Assembly: GCA_033763455.1 (NCBI GenBank)
Contig: JANRKO010000023.1
Coordinates: 64,001-128,000 of the forward strand
Direction of reading: 5' to 3'
Length of the DNA: 64,000 nucleotides
Source: Polyangiaceae bacterium
Lineage (GTDB): Bacteria > Myxococcota_A > Polyangia > Polyangiales > Polyangiaceae
Made by a program: the position numbers and the translations under genes. Under the pieces are notes generated by a model. It was not told where the DNA came from and did no database searches. It worked only from the letters and a program-made list of their open reading frames with translations. Shown piece after piece: positions 58,780-64,000 of this stretch; position 1 is the first letter of the stretch; the number at the start of each line of letters is the position of its first letter.

Positions 58780-59562
58780 CTAGCTCGAGAAGTAGGCGTC
58801 TACGGCGAGCTGGACGTCGCGTTGAACAACCGTCTTGCGCTCGTCTTTGGCCGCATTTCGGATGCTTTCGGTCGCGATACGTCGGAGATGTGCCGAAAGC
58901 GGGGCCAGGATCCCATCGGAGGTGCTCAAACCATGTGCCACCTTGACGTACTCCTTTAACTTGCTCACCACCAAGAGTACTTCTTGGGGTATCCCCGCTT
59001 CGTCAGCATCCTTGTGAAGCACCTCGCTACGGCGTGGTTTTACGACGGGCACCATGTCGCGATCGAGGAGCGTCTTTCTGCCATCGCTCTTGCTGAGCAC
59101 CACTGCCCGATTGAGCACCTCGCGCACGTGATCACTTAAGGTAGCAAACACGGCGTCGGCTACCCGCATCTGGGATTTTGCCGCAATGTAGTCCTTGAAG
59201 CGTTGCACCACGATAAGCGTGTCGCGAGGCCCTTTGCGTATACCTGCTTGCGCATCCATCTTCGCAGCTAACACTTCGGGATTAGTTGCTTTCTTGTGTT
59301 CTTCCTTTTGATCCATCCGGGCGCGCTCCTGCCCCATCTCGGCACGCCAAGCTTGCTGAGTTGGGCTGGTATCTTTAACGGCCCAGCCGTCGCGATGGTT
59401 GGCCTCTTCCCGATGTGCTTCCCAGCACGGCAAGGAACAGAAAACAAGAAATGTCCGCTTTCTATTGCACGTGGAAACGCTGCACCGAAAATGAGGTCCC
59501 TGAAATCCAACGGGTAACCTGCAACTGCTACAGGTGCGCCATGTTTCGGTGGAAAGCGTCAT
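58780..59562 (-). CDS. zinc-finger (ZZ-like) protein with two tandem bacterial histone folds
   Basis: CSSC-x12-CSVSTC-x9-CSLPC-x3-H-x5-H. Then two ~58-aa repeats: DTLIVVQRFKDYI...MRVADAVFATLSDHVREVLNRAVVLSKSDGRKTLLDRD and EVLLVVSKLKEYV...LSTSDGILAPLSAHLRRIATESIRNAAKDERKTVVQRD. Both end in the histone RKT-x3-RD signature. Confidence 0.85.
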   Translation of the reverse strand: MTLSTETWRTCSSCRLPVGFQGPHFRCSVSTCNRKRTFLVFCSLPCWEAHREEANHRDGWAVKDTSPTQQAWRAEMGQERARMDQKEEHKKATNPEVLAAKMDAQAGIRKGPRDTLIVVQRFKDYIAAKSQMRVADAVFATLSDHVREVLNRAVVLSKSDGRKTLLDRDMVPVVKPRRSEVLHKDADEAGIPQEVLLVVSKLKEYVKVAHGLSTSDGILAPLSAHLRRIATESIRNAAKDERKTVVQRDVQLAVDAYFSS

Positions 59563-59604
59563 AGATGATGAGCTCTGGCAACCAAGCTTCTTTACATCGA
59601 GGGG

Positions 59605-60072
59605 CTAATTCTCCGACTCTTGGATAGAAGACGCCTCAGGATTGCCCTTTTTTCCCTTCCCACGGCCGCCACCGCTCGGTTTTTTGGGAGCCACCTTTTC
59701 GTCCGTGGGGGCCTCGCCAATCTGCAGCTCGCATTCGCCGAAGACCACTTGGCTTTTGCCCGCCTCACCCGCGAGGCGAACCTCCAGCGTTTTGGCCTTT
59801 ACCACGGTGTTGTCGCGCACAGCTCCTCCGAGCCGAATTGTGTCGGCCTCCAGATCACCAGAAACCTCACCTTCGGACTCGAGTGAGGTGACCCGAACCT
59901 TGCCGTGAACTGCGCCAGTTGAACTAACGCGCAGCGCGGGAGCCGAAAGCTCACCTTCGATCCGACCATGCGCCAAGATGTCCACCTTGGAATTGAGCTT
60001 GCCTGAGAACTCGCTGCCCGCTTCGACAATGGTTTGTCGAACTTGAGTTGAGGTTCCGTTTTCGTCATTCAT
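59605..60072 (-). CDS. bactofilin (polymer-forming cytoskeletal protein)
   Basis: TIVEAGSEFSGKL...HGRIEGEL...VSSTGAVHGKV...GEVSGDLEA beta-helix pattern; basic/disordered tail. Confidence 0.85.
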   Translation of the reverse strand: MNDENGTSTQVRQTIVEAGSEFSGKLNSKVDILAHGRIEGELSAPALRVSSTGAVHGKVRVTSLESEGEVSGDLEADTIRLGGAVRDNTVVKAKTLEVRLAGEAGKSQVVFGECELQIGEAPTDEKVAPKKPSGGGRGKGKKGNPEASSIQESEN

Positions 60073-60088
60073 GATTGCAATCTCCTTC

Positions 60089-61312
60089 TCAAGTTTGGGG
60101 GCGCAAAATCTTCACGCGTAGGCGGCAGCCGGGCTGAAAAGCAAATGCGGTAGGCTCCGGACCCTGCGCGATGGTGCCTACGAGCGCTCCCTTGGAGCTC
60201 ACTACGAGCGTGCGAGGACCAGAGATGCCCGGGCTTTCGCGTTCGAAGAATTTTCCGTGAATCGTGATGTTACCACCACCGGTGATCACGCATTCGCTGA
60301 GGACACCGGATTCGCCGACCACCAGATCGGTCCCATCTCCCAAGGAAATACTGCACTTTTCGAAGCGGCTGTCGATCTCCACGGCGGAGCCTTCACCGAA
60401 CTCCAGGGTCGCGTCGCGCAAAACGTCCCCCTCGCCGAAGTAGCGCGTTGCCGCAGCTCCTGGAGCTAGCTTGCCTGAAAGGAACGCCTCCACGTCTTCG
60501 CCGGAAATGCGCTTGGTGCCGTCCCCGCCACGGCTCCCATCCAACCACTCAGCAACCACGCCCTCAAAGTTGGCATCTTTGGTCGCCGTACCAAAGAGCT
60601 TGGCCCCCGTGATCGTGGCCGACAAGAGATTTGCGGTCCCGAGCTCGGCGTGTCTGAGGTCAGCACCCGTGAAGTTCGCTTGTTTGAAGACCCCCTTGCC
60701 GAGGCGAGCGTTTAAGAGCCCGGTGTTCGTAAAGTTGGCGCCCGGAGCCTGAGCCTCCTCAAGGTTGGCATCAGTGAGTGTTGCGGAAGAAAAATCGGCT
60801 TCCTCAAGATTGGCCGAAGAGAGATCGGCATTGCTGAGATCCGCCGAACGAAGCTTCGCGCCGCCGAGGTACGCTTCACCGAGCTCCGCATGCGTGAGGT
60901 TGGCGTTCGAGAGGTTGGCCTTACCGAGCTCAGCCGAAGCTAATTGGGCGCCGGAAAGCCGTGCTCCGACAAGATCTGCCTCGGCGAGGTTCGCTCCCTC
61001 AAGGGTAGCGCGATCAAGGTTCGCACCACGCAAATTGGCTTGCGTGAGGTTGGCGCCTTCAAAATCAGCCTTGCCTAAATCAGCGTCCGACAAATCGGCC
61101 AGCTTGAGGAATGCCTCCCGCAAGCTGGCGTTTCGGAGGCTTGCCCCGCGAAGCTTGGCCCCTTCGAGGTTGGCTCCGTCGAGATCAGCCCGTTTCAGAT
61201 CCGCTCCTTCAAGCGGCGCACCCGATAAGTCGAGACCCGCCAAATCGCAGCGCGCCAAGGGCTGCTTATTGCGGACGCGTTCGATCACTTCATCTCTTGA
61301 ATATTCCGCCAT
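60089..61312 (-). CDS. pentapeptide-repeat protein with C-terminal bactofilin-like beta-helix
   Basis: A(D/N)Lxx repeats over aa ~19-255. aa ~289-404 reads YFGEGDVLRDATLEF...VEIDSRF...LVVGESGVL...ITIHGKF...LVVSSKGALVGTI. Confidence 0.8.
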   Translation of the reverse strand: MAEYSRDEVIERVRNKQPLARCDLAGLDLSGAPLEGADLKRADLDGANLEGAKLRGASLRNASLREAFLKLADLSDADLGKADFEGANLTQANLRGANLDRATLEGANLAEADLVGARLSGAQLASAELGKANLSNANLTHAELGEAYLGGAKLRSADLSNADLSSANLEEADFSSATLTDANLEEAQAPGANFTNTGLLNARLGKGVFKQANFTGADLRHAELGTANLLSATITGAKLFGTATKDANFEGVVAEWLDGSRGGDGTKRISGEDVEAFLSGKLAPGAAATRYFGEGDVLRDATLEFGEGSAVEIDSRFEKCSISLGDGTDLVVGESGVLSECVITGGGNITIHGKFFERESPGISGPRTLVVSSKGALVGTIAQGPEPTAFAFQPGCRLRVKILRPQT

Positions 61313-61331
61313 CGTCTATCTCGCCTCAGAC

Positions 61332-62636
61332 TTAAAGTTCGCGTTTATCGGTTTTGCTACGTTCCAGAAACTTCTCGAGCTCTTCCAACTTCCGTCCAAA
61401 TGGAAAACGCTCAAGGCGTGTGAGCAGGGCTGCTTCGCCCAACCTGGCCAGCACTACCTGAATTTCGAGCCAGCTATCGGTGCGGGCCTGGCGCAACTTC
61501 CGCTTCTCTTTAGAAACGTTGCGCGTCCAGTTGCGGCCCTGATCGTCAATTGCCTGATTGTGCCGCCGCAGCTTGCTCATAAGTTGCTCAAGCTGCGTGT
61601 ATTCAGCCTTTCGCGTCGGCTCGGGGATAATGGAGGCCGCGCGCCGCCGGTAACGCTCGAAGCGTTCGACGATTAGCCCACAAAGCTCTAGAGATAAGCC
61701 GGTAGTAGCGGCGATGTCCTCAGCTTTGGCGTCATAGAACATCTTGAGCTGGGTCAACCCAACCGCGTAAATCTTGTCGAGCTGCACCTTGTTTACGCCG
61801 GGCACCTGCCGGAGCACACTGTCAACGATGATGGGATCTCTTCGCCCGCTTTCTCGTTCGACGGAGAAGGCCTCGGGCAGTACCTTTGCCAGCTCCTGAT
61901 GGCAGTTCAAAAGCTGCGTGCGAGCTTCCTCCTCCAGCATGGCGCCACGGCCCTTTTGTGCTTGAAGCAGCTCTACAGAGAGAACTTCAAGCGGCCCCAC
62001 TAAATCCGAAAGCCCGAGCTTCTTCGCCGCTTCCAGCAACGAATTCACGGCCGGAGAGCAGATACGGATCCACTCTCGGCGAGCTTCACCGATCGTGAGC
62101 TCCACCATGAAATCGCGAAACGGGCCCAAGTGCTCCGCTGCTAGGTGAGCAAACAAGACTTCTACCTGCTGGCGATCCTGAGGCATCCCGGCAATGCCAT
62201 CACCCGACCCTGAAATTGCTTCAAAGTGCGGCTCAATGTCGTCGAAGCCTTTGTCGATCTCCGCGGAGGTAACGCGAGCCGGTGGCTGCGAAGCCCCGTT
62301 GGCAGCCGCGTCTGGTCTCGAAGTTGCATCCTGCACGCGACGAGCGCTGGGGGCGGGCGGAGCTGAAACTCTTGGCGGCGCGGCCACCGGAGCGATGGGC
62401 TCCGCTACTGCAGCCGAAGGCACTGCGCCTGGCGGTGGGGCCGAGGAGGGCGCCCAGGACGACATCGAGTGCTGCGCTTCAAGCGCCTGTTGATCCAGCG
62501 GCTGCGTATGCGCTCGCTGGTGAGGAGTGGCGGGAGCGCCGCCCGAAAGCGCCAATCCACACTTGACGCAAAACCTCGCGGTTAGCGGGCAAGTTGCCGA
62601 GCACTTGGGGCACTGTTGGGTATCTTCCATGGTCAT
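61332..62636 (-). CDS. zinc-ribbon + helical domain + helix-hairpin-helix protein
   Basis: CPKC-x10-CVKC; Pro/Ala linker; LRQVPGVNKVQLDKIYAVGL...AEDIAATTGLS HhH pair; basic coiled C-terminus. Start reassigned to ATG 62636. Confidence 0.7.
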   Translation of the reverse strand: MTMEDTQQCPKCSATCPLTARFCVKCGLALSGGAPATPHQRAHTQPLDQQALEAQHSMSSWAPSSAPPPGAVPSAAVAEPIAPVAAPPRVSAPPAPSARRVQDATSRPDAAANGASQPPARVTSAEIDKGFDDIEPHFEAISGSGDGIAGMPQDRQQVEVLFAHLAAEHLGPFRDFMVELTIGEARREWIRICSPAVNSLLEAAKKLGLSDLVGPLEVLSVELLQAQKGRGAMLEEEARTQLLNCHQELAKVLPEAFSVERESGRRDPIIVDSVLRQVPGVNKVQLDKIYAVGLTQLKMFYDAKAEDIAATTGLSLELCGLIVERFERYRRRAASIIPEPTRKAEYTQLEQLMSKLRRHNQAIDDQGRNWTRNVSKEKRKLRQARTDSWLEIQVVLARLGEAALLTRLERFPFGRKLEELEKFLERSKTDKREL

Positions 62637-62863
62637 TTCGCGGTGTGTTCGCCTGTTTGCTTCGGGGACGGCATGCCTTCCGTGAATGACTTGGAAGCAT
62701 AGTCCTTCCAATGGTCGCGCGTCTTCCCTGAACGGAGGGCGAGTAGGAGAAATCGCAGCTCTTCCCACGTTTGCGGAATTCGGCCCGACGTAATGGGCCC
62801 GCTGCGGATTCCCCGGTGTCTCCCAATTGACTCCCCCCACGAGCAGGCCAAACTCCCCACCAC

Positions 62864-63814
62864 GTGAATTCACCCTGCCTGTCGAGCACCGAAATAGCAG
62901 CCGGCAGCGCCAAGCTCGCCAATCTGAAGCTCGGTAGTAGCAGGCTCGCGCTCGGTACTGCAGGCCTCGGAGGGATTTGGCGGGGAAGTGATACCCATCA
63001 ATCGGTGGACGCGCTCCTCTATGCACTGGAGCACGGCCTCAACGTCTGGGACACGGCACCTGCGTATGGCGAAGCCGAAGCCTTGATCGGGAGCGCTCTC
63101 AAACAGTGGCACGGGCCGCTACCAGTTATCAGCACTAAGATCGGGCGCACACATGCCAACGCGCCGACGAGCGTCTCTTATCGGCCAGACACACTACGCG
63201 ATACATTGTCAAAAAGCCTCGACCGGCTTCACGTAGATTCTGTAGATCTGCTCTTCCTCCATGAGCCGGAGAAGCTTCTACCTGAGCAGCGCGGGCCCGC
63301 GTTGGACACGCTACTCGCCATGCAAAGTGAGGGCCTCACACGTTTGGTTGGGCTCGGCGGTGGCTGGGGTAGAGCTTGGGATTTCTTCTTGGACTCGGGA
63401 GCCATCTCCGCGGCAATCGTCTTTCTATCGCTTGATGCGTGCTGCCTCGATTCCGTCCCAAACGACGTACCTAAGCTCCAATCAAAGGGCGTCGCGATCT
63501 ATGGCGGCAGCCCTTTGCATATGGGTCTTCTAGCCTCTGCAAAGCCAAAGACCGCCCCTTGGGCGACGCCTCAGGCCCTGCTTGGCCTCAAAGGGTTGCA
63601 GATACTCTCGCACGAGCTGAACCAGAGCGTGATCGAGCTCGCTCATCGTTTCGTGTATTCCTTGCGCTGCATCGATCGTGTGCTTATCGGGCCAAGGAAC
63701 CTCGAAGAACTCAAATCTTCCTTGCAGGACTTCAGCAAGGGCGCTCTACCTCCGAACATATTTCACCAAATCTACGACCCAGCGCTAAAGCGCGCGGCGC
63801 CGAGAAATATCTAA
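62864..63814 (+). CDS. aldo/keto reductase
   Basis: LALGTAGLGG, WDTAPAYGEAE, ISTKIG, SLDRL...DLLFLHEP, SPLHMGLL. Confidence 0.88.
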   Translation: MNSPCLSSTEIAAGSAKLANLKLGSSRLALGTAGLGGIWRGSDTHQSVDALLYALEHGLNVWDTAPAYGEAEALIGSALKQWHGPLPVISTKIGRTHANAPTSVSYRPDTLRDTLSKSLDRLHVDSVDLLFLHEPEKLLPEQRGPALDTLLAMQSEGLTRLVGLGGGWGRAWDFFLDSGAISAAIVFLSLDACCLDSVPNDVPKLQSKGVAIYGGSPLHMGLLASAKPKTAPWATPQALLGLKGLQILSHELNQSVIELAHRFVYSLRCIDRVLIGPRNLEELKSSLQDFSKGALPPNIFHQIYDPALKRAAPRNI

Positions 63815-63820
63815 GCCACC

Positions 63821-64000
63821 ATGCTCCAAGAATCCTTTCACATTGTCGAAGCTAGAGTACGCACCATCGCCCCCGTGAAACTCAAGCGAGCATTCTACGA
63901 TGGCACAGGGGGGCCATTCGACAGCTACGGCATGGGGATGCTCACACTCACAGATGCTGACGGCACCGTCGGGCACACACTCGGTGGTGGCAGTGAGCTG
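63821..64000 (+). CDS. 3'-truncated CDS, possibly mandelate racemase/enolase superfamily N-terminus
   Basis: ATG 6 nt after the AKR stop; open to window end: MLQESFHIVEARVRTIAPVKLKRAFYDGTGGPFDSYGMGMLTLTDADGTVG... Confidence 0.45.
   Translation, partial: MLQESFHIVEARVRTIAPVKLKRAFYDGTGGPFDSYGMGMLTLTDADGTVGHTLGGGSEL

Noticed and set aside
60765..61676. 303-aa + strand ORF with repetitive RLAP/RSA text
   Set aside because: Antisense shadow of the pentapeptide-repeat gene; the periodicity derives from it.
62637..63026. N-terminal 130 aa of the 564-aa ORF 61332..63026
   Set aside because: Overlaps the divergent AKR gene and looks non-coding; the real start is likely ATG 62636. Similar over-extended starts were trimmed for tetR, aspC, kdgK, trpA, serA, menB and GH78.

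Overview
High-GC bacterial chromosome segment. Gene content points to Myxococcota, most like Polyangiaceae/Sorangiineae (inference): Cys-rich repeat proteins, two Hanks-type Ser/Thr kinases, an FHA-domain sigma54 activator, a PEGA-like protein and bactofilins. Housekeeping genes: sucA-sucB-lpdA, aspC, trpB-trpA, arfB, menB, serA. Accessory content includes a compact type II restriction-modification-like cassette (HARE-HTH-like protein, beta-class amino-MTase, PD-(D/E)xK nuclease) and a TetR-flanked two-gene operon with PlsA/PlsR (anaerobic plasmalogen/ether-lipid synthase) architecture. Also present: a GAF/HD-GYP phosphodiesterase, a MacB-like ABC transporter, a Phd-VapC toxin-antitoxin pair, sugar catabolic enzymes (GH39, GH78, KdgK-like kinase, SDR, AKR) and several signalling clusters. 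The most striking locus is a tight minus-strand four-gene cluster at 58780-62636: zinc-ribbon/helix-hairpin-helix protein, pentapeptide-repeat protein with a bactofilin-like tail, bactofilin, and a zinc-finger protein carrying TWO tandem bacterial (Bd0055-like) histone folds. It is a candidate chromatin-cytoskeleton module. No rRNA, tRNA, CRISPR array, integrase or transposase was recognised. All family calls come from motif recognition by eye; no searches were run.
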